Below are positions 10,822 to 21,313 of a DNA stretch of 64,000 nucleotides, in pieces. The notes under the pieces are model-generated. The model searched no databases. It saw only the letters and a list, made by a program, of their open reading frames with translations, and had not been told where the DNA came from. The translations under genes and the position numbers were made by a program. The DNA comes from an uncultured Chroococcidiopsis sp. (lineage in GTDB: Bacteria; Cyanobacteriota; Cyanobacteriia; Cyanobacteriales; Chroococcidiopsidaceae): contig CAXTYC010000002.1 of NCBI GenBank assembly GCA_964248365.1, positions 102,447 through 166,446 of the forward strand, given 5' to 3'. Numbering within the stretch: position 1 is the stretch's first letter; each line of letters begins with the position of its first letter.

Positions 10822-11127
10822 ATGAGTGCCAAAAAAGTTTCATCTGAGTCCTTTTGTTCCCACCAGCTTCATGTTTTAGCTGACTCAACACGTCTAGCGG
10901 TTTTAGAACTCCTTTGGAGCGGACCCAAGCACGTTGGGGAGATGAATGCTGTGCTGGGATTGGAACAGAGTTTACTATCCCATCATCTAAAAGTCTTGCG
11001 GGAAGAGGGATTTGTTAGGGCGACGCGAGATGGTAAGGCAGTGCTGTATCAGCTGGAGTCCACCGTTAGGAGTGCCAGTGGTGGCAGGGCGATTGATCTG
11101 GGATGTTGCCGACTCTGTTTTGAATAA
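10822..11127 (+). CDS. ArsR/SmtB family transcriptional regulator
   Basis: LADSTRLAVLELL, QSLLSHHLKVLREEG HTH, C-terminal DLGCCRLCFE. Confidence 0.92.
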   Translation: MSAKKVSSESFCSHQLHVLADSTRLAVLELLWSGPKHVGEMNAVLGLEQSLLSHHLKVLREEGFVRATRDGKAVLYQLESTVRSASGGRAIDLGCCRLCFE

Positions 11128-11168
11128 AGCCTTTAACAGATTGGTAAGAACATAATAATTCACAACTG

Positions 11169-12020
11169 ATGAAGAAATTACGAATCGCAGCACCCCTTTG
11201 TATTGGGTTAGCCACCTGCATATTGCTGCAATCTTGTGGAAAGCAGAACCAAGCGGCACAATCAAGCAATACATCACAAAGCAAGCTAGTTTTGACTGGC
11301 TCTAGCACTGTAGCGCCACTGGCTGCTGAGATGGCGAAGCGCTATGAGGCTGAACATTCGGGAGTACGCATTGATGTGCAATCGGGTGGTTCTTCGCGCG
11401 GGATTGCGGATGCCCGTCAGGGAGTGGCAGATATTGGCATGGTGTCGCGCGCGCTCAAAGACAACGAAAAGGATCTGCAAGCTTTCACTATCGCCAAAGA
11501 TGGCGTTTCGATAATTACAAATAGCGATAATCCGGTTAAAAGTCTGACTGACAAGCAAATTATCGATATCTACACCGACAAAATCAATAACTGGAAACAA
11601 GTCGGCGGCAAAGATGCTCCGATTACAGTAGTTAATAAAGCCGAAGGACGCTCCACCCTGGAACTATTTGCCCAACACTTCAAACTCAATACGAAGGATA
11701 TCAAAGCCGATGTGGTGATTGGTGATAATGAGCAAGGCATCAAGACAGTGGCTGGAAATCCCAACGCTATCGGTTACGTCTCCATCGGTTCTGCTGAATA
11801 CGCTGCCACCCACAAGACTCCAATCAAACTGCTGCCAGTCGAAGGAGTAACTGCCTCGATCGCTAACGTCAGCAATGACACTTTTCCGATTTCTCGCCCC
11901 CTCAACCTCGTTACCAACAAACCGCCGACAGGGTTGACAAAAGACTTTATTGACTTTGCCCGCTCCAAGGGTGTGCAAAACATTGTTAAGGAGCAATATT
12001 TTGTCCCCGTCTCGCAGTGA
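11169..12020 (+). CDS. pstS: Phosphate ABC transporter substrate-binding lipoprotein
   Basis: Lipobox LQSC, TGSSTV, SGGSSRG, NAIGYVS, PISRPL. Confidence 0.92.
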   Translation: MKKLRIAAPLCIGLATCILLQSCGKQNQAAQSSNTSQSKLVLTGSSTVAPLAAEMAKRYEAEHSGVRIDVQSGGSSRGIADARQGVADIGMVSRALKDNEKDLQAFTIAKDGVSIITNSDNPVKSLTDKQIIDIYTDKINNWKQVGGKDAPITVVNKAEGRSTLELFAQHFKLNTKDIKADVVIGDNEQGIKTVAGNPNAIGYVSIGSAEYAATHKTPIKLLPVEGVTASIANVSNDTFPISRPLNLVTNKPPTGLTKDFIDFARSKGVQNIVKEQYFVPVSQ

Positions 12021-12855
12021 AGTTGTCCTAGTTTTGATTTTGCGCTTAATGGCTCTAGTTTCTGGTGCTATTGTTCTGTTGATTGTGCTGTTCCTGATTT
12101 GGGAAACCCTACCAATCCTACAAAGCGTCGGGCTAAACCGATTCTTCAACGATCCTGACTGGCATCCCACCAGCGAAGAATATAACCTGCTGCCGATGCT
12201 GTGGGGGACGCTATTAGTAACGGCAGGAGCAGTTCTAATGGCAACACCGCTAGGCATTTTAAGTGCAATTTTTTGCCATTATTACGCTCCAGGTGCGATC
12301 GCTTCTTTATATCGGCGTTTAATTGAGCTATTAGCAGGCATTCCCTCAGTAGTTTATGGCTTCTGGGGTTTGGTCGTACTAGTGCCAATCGTCGGACGCA
12401 TTCAACCACCTGGGGCAAGTTTGTTAACCGGAATTTTAATTCTGACGTTGATGATTCTGCCGACAATTACCTTGGTAGCCGATAGCAGCCTTGCGAGTGT
12501 GCCACCAGAGTATCTACGCGGTTGTGCGGCAATGGGGCTAGGACGCTGGGCGACGGTGCGCGGTGTCGTTTTGCCTACGGTGAAGTCAGGTTTGTTAACG
12601 GGCGTAATATTGGGAACAGGACGGGCGATCGGTGAAACGATGGCAGTGCTGATGGTTTGCGGTAATGTGGTGCAAACGCCAAAAAGTGTATTTGATCCAG
12701 TGCGGACTTTAACGGCGAATATTGCTCTAGAAATGGCTTATGCAGTAGGTAATCACCGTGCTGCCTTGTTTGTCAGCGGCTTGGTTTTGATGGCAATGGT
12801 CGTTGTTTTAGTCATAGCAGCCGAACTGCTCAACAGGGGACAGATTTATGACTAA
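12001..12855 (+). CDS. pstC: Phosphate ABC transporter permease
   Basis: IELLAGIPSVVYGFWG, GRAIGETMAV, RTLTANIA; likely TTG start at 12001 with AAGGAG upstream. Confidence 0.92.
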   Translation: MSPSRSEVVLVLILRLMALVSGAIVLLIVLFLIWETLPILQSVGLNRFFNDPDWHPTSEEYNLLPMLWGTLLVTAGAVLMATPLGILSAIFCHYYAPGAIASLYRRLIELLAGIPSVVYGFWGLVVLVPIVGRIQPPGASLLTGILILTLMILPTITLVADSSLASVPPEYLRGCAAMGLGRWATVRGVVLPTVKSGLLTGVILGTGRAIGETMAVLMVCGNVVQTPKSVFDPVRTLTANIALEMAYAVGNHRAALFVSGLVLMAMVVVLVIAAELLNRGQIYD

Positions 12856-13780
12856 AAATTCAGCCCCCCCAAGTCATACGGATGAACTTCAGCCGACTTC
12901 TAAGCAAACTACAACCACAAGCCTATCTTTAGGTTTAAGCATACAGCCAAAAGAATTGCTTTGGAGTGGGATCATTTGGGCTGTAGCGGCAATAGTTACA
13001 GCTGGGCTGCTATGGCTGTTGAGCGATGTTTTCTGGCATGGCATTGGTCAGATATCTTGGGAGTTTCTCACTACGCCCCCAAGCAATGCAGGTCGAGATG
13101 GTGGTATTGCGCCAATTATAGTTTCGACAGGTCTGATTGTAGGAGTTTGTATGGCAGTCTCAATTCCTTTAGGAGTGGGAACTGCCCTGATGCTGGCTGA
13201 GTTTTCCTCCTCTTCAAGTGGATTAGGGCGGTTGGTGCGCTTGAGCTTGGATATTTTAGCAGGTGTGCCTTCGATTGTCTTTGGTCTTTTTGGTAACGCA
13301 TTCTTTTGTAAAACGTTGGGGATGGGTTTTTCTATCCTCTCTGGTGGGTTGACGTTGGCGTGTATGGTGTTACCAATTTTGATTCGGTCAACGCAGTCAG
13401 GGTTTCAAGCTGTACCGGACGACTATCGACATGGGGCGGCGGCATTAGGAATTTCACGTACAGCAACTTTGTGGGAGCTACTGCTGCCAGCTGCCATGCC
13501 TGGAGTGGTGGTAGGGTTGCTGTTAGGTTTGGGACGAGCGATCGCAGAGACAGCAGCCCTAATTTTTACCAGCGGTTACGTAGACCGAATGCCCCAGTCA
13601 CTTTTGGATTCGGGGCGATCGCTTTCCGTCCATATTTACGACCTTGCCATGAATGTTTCTGGTGGTGAGGCACACGCTTACGCCTCTGCCCTTGTATTGG
13701 TAGGTTTTTTGGTGCTAATCAACGGCACGACATCATGGCTAGCAGAGCGTTTCCGGCAATCCAAAATTTTCGTGCTATGA
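12848..13780 (+). CDS. pstA: Phosphate ABC transporter permease
   Basis: LAGVPSIVFGLFG, GRAIAETAAL, RSLSVHIY. Confidence 0.92.
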   Translation: MTKNSAPPSHTDELQPTSKQTTTTSLSLGLSIQPKELLWSGIIWAVAAIVTAGLLWLLSDVFWHGIGQISWEFLTTPPSNAGRDGGIAPIIVSTGLIVGVCMAVSIPLGVGTALMLAEFSSSSSGLGRLVRLSLDILAGVPSIVFGLFGNAFFCKTLGMGFSILSGGLTLACMVLPILIRSTQSGFQAVPDDYRHGAAALGISRTATLWELLLPAAMPGVVVGLLLGLGRAIAETAALIFTSGYVDRMPQSLLDSGRSLSVHIYDLAMNVSGGEAHAYASALVLVGFLVLINGTTSWLAERFRQSKIFVL

Positions 13781-14583
13781 CAAAGCCCATAATTCAACCT
13801 TACTCAAACGTACTGACGAGTAATCCACCACCGATTCAAACCCTGCGCTTAAGCCTGAATTACCGAAATAAATCTGCGTTTAAAGATGTGTCCCTCTCAA
13901 TTCAACCTGGAGGCATCACAGCGCTAATCGGTCCTTCAGGCTGTGGCAAAACCAGCTTCCTGACTTGTCTGAACCGCCTAGTCGAGCTAACGCCAAACTC
14001 TAAGGTATCAGGGCGTATTCTATTAGGCGATCGCGACGTGCAAGCACTCGATGTGATTTCACTGCGTCGTCGAGTGGGAATGCTGTTTCAAAAACCCAAC
14101 CCGTTCCCGCTGTCGATTATGAGAAATATCGAATTTCCCCTACGAGAACACGGGGTAAAGAGTCGGGACGAAATCGATTCCATTGTCGAAGATGTCTTGC
14201 GAGATGTAGGACTGTGGGATGAGGTGAAGGACAGGCTAAAAGCTCCTGCTTTTTCACTCTCTGGCGGTCAACAACAACGTCTATGCCTTGCTCGTGCGAT
14301 CGCACTCAAACCGGAGGTTCTGCTAATGGATGAGCCTTGCAGCGCTCTCGATCCGATTTCCAGTGAAGTGGTAGAAGATTTGATCGCCAGTCTGCGTGGC
14401 AGATATACGCTGCTCGTTGTCACCCATAACCTGGCGCAGGCTAAGCGGATTGCTGATGATGTAGCACTATTTTGGGTAGCTGATGGGGCTGGACAATTAA
14501 TTGAGTCTGGAACAGTAGCCCAGATTTTTGAATCCCCACAACACGCCCTAACTGCTGCTTATGTCAATGGCAGGAGGGGTTAA
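13777..14583 (+). CDS. pstB: Phosphate ABC transporter ATP-binding protein
   Basis: GPSGCGKT, FQKPNPFP, LSGGQQQRL, MDEPCSALDP; ATGA overlap with pstA. Confidence 0.93.
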   Translation: MTKPIIQPYSNVLTSNPPPIQTLRLSLNYRNKSAFKDVSLSIQPGGITALIGPSGCGKTSFLTCLNRLVELTPNSKVSGRILLGDRDVQALDVISLRRRVGMLFQKPNPFPLSIMRNIEFPLREHGVKSRDEIDSIVEDVLRDVGLWDEVKDRLKAPAFSLSGGQQQRLCLARAIALKPEVLLMDEPCSALDPISSEVVEDLIASLRGRYTLLVVTHNLAQAKRIADDVALFWVADGAGQLIESGTVAQIFESPQHALTAAYVNGRRG

Positions 14584-14646
14584 TTGTGATGCTATCGTTA
14601 TTGAAGATGGCAGTGTAATTGCTAGTGAGGATTGATTCTAGCGTAA

Positions 14647-14828
14647 CTCAGATCTTGCACCATTGCCAACATCAACAGTTGACCTGACGCGCGAATTAAT
14701 TCAAAGGCTAATAGCTCAAGCCTACTTTAGTAGGCTCAAATGTCTACTCTAATTCGTTTAAACGAGTTTAAGCTATTAGCCTGAAACTTGAGTTTCAGGC
14801 GGGTGTTGCCACAGGTGCAAAATATCAG
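14647..14828. mobile_element. MITE-like non-autonomous element (~182 bp)
   Basis: Imperfect terminal IR ctcagatcttgcacc / ggtgcaaaatatcag (12/15); internal hairpins agcctactttagtaggct and gcctgaaacttgagtttcaggc; partial relative at 40925-41038. Confidence 0.65.
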
Positions 14829-14832
14829 GTAA

Positions 14833-14964
14833 GTGAATAACGGACAAGCTTCAGACATTACTGAAGACGGTAGTAGAACGATCAATTTTGAGCAAATGAA
14901 ATTCAAACAAATAGATCCATATAGATTACTAAAGCCAGGTAAAATTAGAGGAACTCGGAAGTAA
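14833..14964 (+). pseudogene. C-terminal remnant of an FAD-binding oxidoreductase
   Basis: Translates ...EDGSRTINFEQMKFKQIDPYRLLKPGKIRG*, resembling the K..DP..LLNPGK tail of FAD-linked oxidases; no N-terminal part present. Confidence 0.5.
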
Positions 14965-15020
14965 AAAAGCAAATACCAACCACCAACTACCAATCGCCAC
15001 ACCCCACACGCACACGCTGC

Positions 15021-16070
15021 ATGATTCACATTGATGGTTCCTACGGAGAAGGAGGCGGGCAAATCCTCCGTACTTCGCTTAGCTTAGCTGCCATCACCCG
15101 ACAACCGTTACGCATTGGACGCATTCGGGCGGGAAGGCAGAAGCCAGGATTAGCAGCCCAACACCTGACAGCAGTACGGGCAGCTGCTGCCATCTGTCAA
15201 GCTAAAGTGCAGGGCGATGTTTTGGGTTCAATGACACTAGAGTTTATTCCCGCCCGTTCTGTACAAGCTGGGCAATACACTTTTGATGTCACACAAGCTC
15301 GTCTTGGTGGTTCAGCTGGTGCAATAACTTTGGTTTTGCAAACTATTCTCCTGCCTCTGGCACTAGCGGATGGTGCATCAAAGGTGATACTACGCGGAGG
15401 AACTCATGTTTCCTTTAGTCCAGCATTTACATATATTAAACAAGTCTATCTACCCATGTTGAAGCGGATGGGCTTACAGGCTGAGGCGAAATTAAACGCC
15501 TGGGGTTGGTATCCCCAAGGTGGGGGAGAGGTAGAACTGCAAACAAGCGGTGGCAGCAAATTAGCTGGTATTAACTTATTAGAACGCGGTGATTTGCTTC
15601 AGGTGCAGGGGTTAGCCTTCGTGACTCAACTACCTTCCCACATTCCGCAACGCATGGCTAGCCGTGCCGAGAATTTGTTGCATGAGGCTGAGCTTAAAGC
15701 TTCTGTGCAACCGTTACGGGCGCGGGGAATTGCACCAGGAGCGGGTATATTTCTCACTGCTGAATATGAGTATAGTAGGGCTGGATTTGCTGCTGTAGGG
15801 CGTATAGGGTTGCCAGCCGAGAAAGTAGCCGAGATGGCTGGTGAGGAACTATTGCAGTTCCATCACACAGGCGCACCAGTAGATGAACACTTGGCGGATC
15901 AATTGCTGTTACCTGCTGCTTTGGCATCCCAAAAGAGTCAATATCGGGTGGCTGAGATTAGCAAGCATCTAACAACAAATGCTTGGGTAATTGAGCAATT
16001 TGGGCTGGCGCGGGTAACAGTAGATGAAGTTGAGCAGGTGGTTACAGTAGCACCTGTAAATGGTGAATAA
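15021..16070 (+). CDS. rtcA: RNA 3'-terminal phosphate cyclase
   Basis: IDGSYGEGGGQILR, PGLAAQH, GGTHV, YPQGGG, VDEHLADQL. Confidence 0.96.
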   Translation: MIHIDGSYGEGGGQILRTSLSLAAITRQPLRIGRIRAGRQKPGLAAQHLTAVRAAAAICQAKVQGDVLGSMTLEFIPARSVQAGQYTFDVTQARLGGSAGAITLVLQTILLPLALADGASKVILRGGTHVSFSPAFTYIKQVYLPMLKRMGLQAEAKLNAWGWYPQGGGEVELQTSGGSKLAGINLLERGDLLQVQGLAFVTQLPSHIPQRMASRAENLLHEAELKASVQPLRARGIAPGAGIFLTAEYEYSRAGFAAVGRIGLPAEKVAEMAGEELLQFHHTGAPVDEHLADQLLLPAALASQKSQYRVAEISKHLTTNAWVIEQFGLARVTVDEVEQVVTVAPVNGE

Positions 16071-16317
16071 TATCGAAGAGCCATCGCTTATCAACAATCC
16101 AGCTTAAGCGATAGCTGAGTTACTGTATTGAGATCCCAATGTATGCCATCGGGAGAATAAGCAATTTTTTCTAATTCACTCAAAATATCTGGTTACGAGG
16201 AGTTGTACTATACATCTGAAAACTCATAAGTATGATAAATTTTGTGTGGAGTAGGCATACTTCCTGCATTTGCTTATCTTAAGTACAATTCTTATTAAGT
16301 TCACTTACTTGTTTTGC

Positions 16318-16683
16318 CTAGTCGGTTTCAATCAAAACTGTTACAGCAGCAACAGCTACCAGCATTTCATCATTTTTATCATTCAGGGATGCAATAGCGC
16401 GTCCCTGCACAATCATACCACCAGACTCAACGGTAAGAGTTTTACGACCAAAAGGTAAAACAGCCAATACCTCGGCTTCTCGTACTTGCTCCCGATAGGG
16501 TACTGCAACTTGAACTTCGACAATCATATCATCTGGATTGCTCAAACCAGCTACTTCCCAGACACCAGGTAAAGCATTGTGAGCGATCGCATTACGTACA
16601 GCCCTTGCAGCTGCGACAGTTGGTTCTTGTCCATGCTGATCCACTCCCATACCCATTTCTATAATCAAGCGTTTACGAGCCAT
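16318..16683 (-). CDS. Lin0512 family protein
   Basis: IEMGMGVDQHGQEPTVAAARAVRNAI, LPFG. Confidence 0.85.
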   Translation of the reverse strand: MARKRLIIEMGMGVDQHGQEPTVAAARAVRNAIAHNALPGVWEVAGLSNPDDMIVEVQVAVPYREQVREAEVLAVLPFGRKTLTVESGGMIVQGRAIASLNDKNDEMLVAVAAVTVLIETD

Positions 16684-16741
16684 AGTCACCCTTTGGTTTT
16701 CTATTAATCATAGGACAAGCAAAAGTGGTAGTTGGTAATTG

Positions 16742-16959
16742 GTAGGGGCGCACTTTAAACGAGTTATTTGTTCTGTTGAAAAGTTGGGGGAGAGGGGGAA
16801 ACACAGTCTCTGTCTTGACTCGCTTGGGGGGGGCATGGGGTTTTCTCTGGGGATGGGGGGCAGGCGGGGAGACCCCTTGGTAAAAACCCCCCAACTTTTT
16901 GCGCCCCTCACCCCCGCTTTCCGCTTGTTCACAAGTATGTCTGATAAATCCGCGCGTAC
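16742..16959. repeat. GTAG-type element interrupted by a ~150-bp G/C-run-rich insert
   Basis: Both ends match the 6757-6820 element; the insert (~16772-16924) carries the IR aaaagttgggg/ccccaactttt. Confidence 0.7.
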
Positions 16960-17012
16960 GGTAATTGATAATTGATAATTGATAATTGATAACTGTTAAT
17001 TGATAATTGATA

Positions 17013-17507
17013 ATGGTACGTCAACGCATTGAACCACAACCTGGACAAGAGTCAGTTTGGGACTATCCTCGTCCACCTCGACTGGAGGATACAAACAAGC
17101 ATATTCAGGTAATCTTTAATCAGGTAGCGATCGCAGATACTCACAACGCCAAGCGGGTACTAGAAACCAGCCATCCACCCGTGTACTATATCCCCCCGAA
17201 CGATATCAAAATGGAATATCTAATCAAAACTCCCCCATCTAGTTTTTGCGAGTGGAAGGGTCATGCTGGGTATTATACAATTGCTGTTGGGGACAAGCGA
17301 GTAGAAAATGCTGCCTGGTTTTACCCCGAACCCACACCAGCTTTTGCAACCATCAAAGACTATATAGCTTTTTACCCCCATCTGATGGATGCTTGCTACG
17401 TGAATGGGGAAAAAGTGCAGCCACAACCAGGTAATTTTTATGGCGGCTGGATTACCAGTGATATTGTAGGACCATTCAAAGGTAGTCCTGGTACTTGGGG
17501 ATGGTAA
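17013..17507 (+). CDS. DUF427 domain protein
   Basis: ESVWDYPRPP, LETSHPPVYYIP, CEWKG, FYGGWIT. Confidence 0.9.
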   Translation: MVRQRIEPQPGQESVWDYPRPPRLEDTNKHIQVIFNQVAIADTHNAKRVLETSHPPVYYIPPNDIKMEYLIKTPPSSFCEWKGHAGYYTIAVGDKRVENAAWFYPEPTPAFATIKDYIAFYPHLMDACYVNGEKVQPQPGNFYGGWITSDIVGPFKGSPGTWGW

Positions 17508-17877
17508 ATTTCAATTATCAATTATCAATGAATAATTGGCAATTGATAATTAGACCTCAAGACTCGTCTCTTTTGTGTGGAAGGAGAAAAGGTTAAAGGT
17601 AAAAGGGTGTCTTGAAAAGTCAAGGCGGGAGGCGGGGAGACCCCTTGCTAAAAACCCGTCCACTTTCCGCAAAAGGAAAATTTAATCCCTTTTACCGCAA
17701 TCCCTCCCAATTCATCCAATGTGGCAAGAAGTCCAATTTATGGCGGTGGACTGTTTTGAAATTCTCTTTTTGCCCTGTCTCCCACTTACTATAGTCCTGA
17801 ATCAGCCCAAGGGGTGAGTTAGCTAAGGTAGTGTTTTGTTATTTCATAAAAGTAAAGAACAACGATTCAAAAGTATT

Positions 17878-18504
17878 GTGATAGATAAAACAATAGACAA
17901 AACATCTGATAACCAATATCCAGTTGAAAAGCTACTGCGACAGCGCTGGAGTCCGCTAGCTTTTTCAGAGCGATTGGTTGAGCCAGAAAAATTGTGTAGT
18001 GTTTTAGAAGCAGCACGATGGGCAGCTTCTTCTTACAACGAGCAACCTTGGAGCTTTATCGTTGCCACCAAAGACGATCCGGCTGAATTTAATCGTTTAT
18101 TGGGCTGCCTAGCACAAGGGAATCAAGAATGGGCGCAGAATGCTCCCGTCTTGATGCTTTCTGTAGCAAAGCTGTACTTTGAGCGGAACGGCGTGGAGAA
18201 CCGTCATGCTTTCCACGATGTTGGAGCAGCCGCCGCACAATTGGCAATGCAAGCAACGGCATATGGGTTATTCATCCACCAAATGGCAGGATTTGACGTA
18301 CCATTAGCGAAAGAAGTTTACAACATTCCCGAAGGCTATGAGCCAGTTGCTGCGCTCGCGCTGGGTTATCTAGGAGATCCGCAAACCCTATCACAAAGGT
18401 TGCAGCAACGAGAGCTAGCCCCACGAGCGCGTAAGCCTTTAGCAGAGTTTGTCTTTTCTGGTAACTGGAACTCCTCTGCGAAAGTAGTTACCAGCCAAGA
18501 TTAA
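17878..18504 (+). CDS. Nitroreductase family protein
   Basis: RWSPLAF, AASSYNEQPW, HQMAGFD, RARKPL; start uncertain (GTG 17878 or TTG 17836). Confidence 0.9.
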   Translation: MIDKTIDKTSDNQYPVEKLLRQRWSPLAFSERLVEPEKLCSVLEAARWAASSYNEQPWSFIVATKDDPAEFNRLLGCLAQGNQEWAQNAPVLMLSVAKLYFERNGVENRHAFHDVGAAAAQLAMQATAYGLFIHQMAGFDVPLAKEVYNIPEGYEPVAALALGYLGDPQTLSQRLQQRELAPRARKPLAEFVFSGNWNSSAKVVTSQD

Positions 18505-18598
18505 GACATTCAAATAGAACGCATTGCAGATTCAGCACACAGGGCAGCGATCGTTGCCAAGCGTTCCGCCTTCGGTATCGCTATTTCTCAGGAAAAAT

Positions 18599-18614
18599 TG
18601 TAATGTCGGATACA
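18599..18614. promoter_or_regulatory. Candidate NtcA site TGTA-N8-TACA
   Basis: tGTAatgtcggaTACa, ~290 nt upstream of the quinone oxidoreductase; no canonical -10 at N22. Confidence 0.4.
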
Positions 18615-18900
18615 ATCACTACTTTGAAAGTAAAGTACAAAATCTGTCTGAGGGCAAAGACTGAAATAGGAAGGAAACCATAGACTAGAGGGGTTTGCAA
18701 TCATCGCATTTAATCGGGAAATGTTGATGTTTACACGATTTACCCCAACAGCAGATGATTGGCGTTAATTACTCCTCTAGAACCATAACAGTTTTATTGG
18801 TGATTCGTTTTTAGCGATCGCCAGCTTGAAGGCGATGGTCGCAAGCGCGAACAGAGGTTGGGCATCGCTTTTTTATTCGGAATGCAAGTATGGACAGCTT

Positions 18901-19896
18901 ATGCGGGCAGTTGTTATTGAAGAGTATGGTAGTCCAGAAGTCTTGCAATTGCAAGAGCTTCCCAATCTAGAGCCGAGTCGCCAAGAAGTGCGAGTGAAAG
19001 TACGCGCCTCAGCTCTCAACAGAGCAGATATCGAACAACGCAAAGGCAATTATCCGCCACCAATTCCATCCAAATACGAAATTCCTGGCTTGGAATTTGC
19101 TGGAGTAGTAGATAAGTTGGGCGAAGGGGTAAGTAATTGGCGTGAAGGCGATCGCGTATTTGGACTGCTAGTAGCAGGTGGATACGCTGAGCAAGTTCTT
19201 GTTAACGACCGTATGCTGATGCCCATTCCTGCTAATCTCTCTTTTGAGCAAGCAGCAGCAATTCCAGAAGTATTTTTCACCGCCTACGATGCCTTAATTG
19301 ATAAGGCAAACTTTCAAGCAGGCGATTCGGTCTTGATTCATGCTGGTGCAAGCGGAGTCGGAACGGCAGCGATCCAGCTAGCGCGTGTCATGGGAGCCAG
19401 TACAATTTTCACAACCAGCCGCACTCCTGGGAAACTAGAAAAATGCCTCGCTCTGGGTGCAAATCGAGCGATTAATACCGATCATGAAGAATTCGATCGC
19501 GTCGTACTTGATGCAACGGCATCGAGGGGAGTTGATATTATTCTCGACTTTATTGGGGCAGATTACCTAGAGAAAAACTTGAATGCAGCAGCAATGTCAG
19601 GATGCATCGTACAAATTGCAACGCTAAGTGGTGCTAGTTGCGAAATTAACTTGCAACTGGTTATGAGTAAGCGGCTGAGGTTGCAGGGAACAACCTTACG
19701 TAGCCGTGCGATCGAGCAGAAAATGACGCTGACGCAAAAGTTTGCTAAGGCTATTTTACCTTTGTTTGCAGATGGCAGACTCAAACCGTTAATCGATCGC
19801 AGCTTCCAATTGCAAGAAATTGTAGAAGCGCATCGCTACATGGAAAACAACAGTAACTTTGGCAAGATTGTCCTCACCATTGCTTCAAAGGAGTAA
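18901..19896 (+). CDS. NAD(P)H-quinone oxidoreductase, PIG3/zeta-crystallin family
   Basis: [40 protein letters not shown]. Confidence 0.92.
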   Translation: MRAVVIEEYGSPEVLQLQELPNLEPSRQEVRVKVRASALNRADIEQRKGNYPPPIPSKYEIPGLEFAGVVDKLGEGVSNWREGDRVFGLLVAGGYAEQVLVNDRMLMPIPANLSFEQAAAIPEVFFTAYDALIDKANFQAGDSVLIHAGASGVGTAAIQLARVMGASTIFTTSRTPGKLEKCLALGANRAINTDHEEFDRVVLDATASRGVDIILDFIGADYLEKNLNAAAMSGCIVQIATLSGASCEINLQLVMSKRLRLQGTTLRSRAIEQKMTLTQKFAKAILPLFADGRLKPLIDRSFQLQEIVEAHRYMENNSNFGKIVLTIASKE

Positions 19897-19900
19897 TTTC

Positions 19901-20887
<987 letters not shown>

Positions 20888-20931
20888 AGCCAGGAAGACG
20901 TGCATAGGAAAAGTATCAAACCAGATGAGAA

Positions 20932-21180
20932 ATGTCGCAAGAACAAGACAACATAGCAGTTGTTCGACGGTTTTATGAGGAGGTTTTCAATCAAGGGAAG
21001 AAGTAATAGATGAAATTATCTCTCCCGACTATGTTGATTACAATCACGAACCGCCAGGAAAAGGACCAGAAGGCGCGAAGCAAGACTTTCGCGGTGCAAC
21101 ATCTGTGTTTAGCAATACGCATTATACGATTGACCAGCGGCGTTGCCACAGGCGATCGCGTTGTTGCCCGTTGGACAACG
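20932..21180 (+). pseudogene. SnoaL-like ester cyclase, frameshifted and truncated
   Basis: MSQEQDNIAVVRRFYEEVFNQG / fs / VIDEIISPDYVDYNHEPPGKGPEGAKQ...YTID / fs / VATGDRVVARWT. Confidence 0.75.
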
Positions 21181-21299
21181 ACACCTCCAAGATCTTGGGC
21201 GCGTCGCTGGTGGGCTATGAAGCCGCACAAATCGTCCATGTATTTCTCGATCTGATAGAAGCAGGAGCGACGTGGCAGCTACTAGAGCAATCGGTTTGA
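21172..21299 (+). pseudogene. Fragment of a pyridine nucleotide-disulfide oxidoreductase dimerisation domain
   Basis: DNDTSKILGASLVGYEAAQIVHVFLDLIEAGATWQLLEQSV*, which stops before the usual H.HPT motif. Confidence 0.65.
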
Positions 21300-21313
21300 A
21301 TGGAGAAATAAAT

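Noticed and set aside
16080..16260. Possible gene remnant on the minus strand (PDILSELEKIAYSPDGIHWD)
   Set aside because: Multiple stops, and I cannot assign a family without a search.
16963..17012. Fur/Zur boxes (GATAAT runs), also near 8550 and 9550
   Set aside because: These are ATTGATA heptamer tandem repeats found throughout the window, not the 7-1-7 inverted motif.
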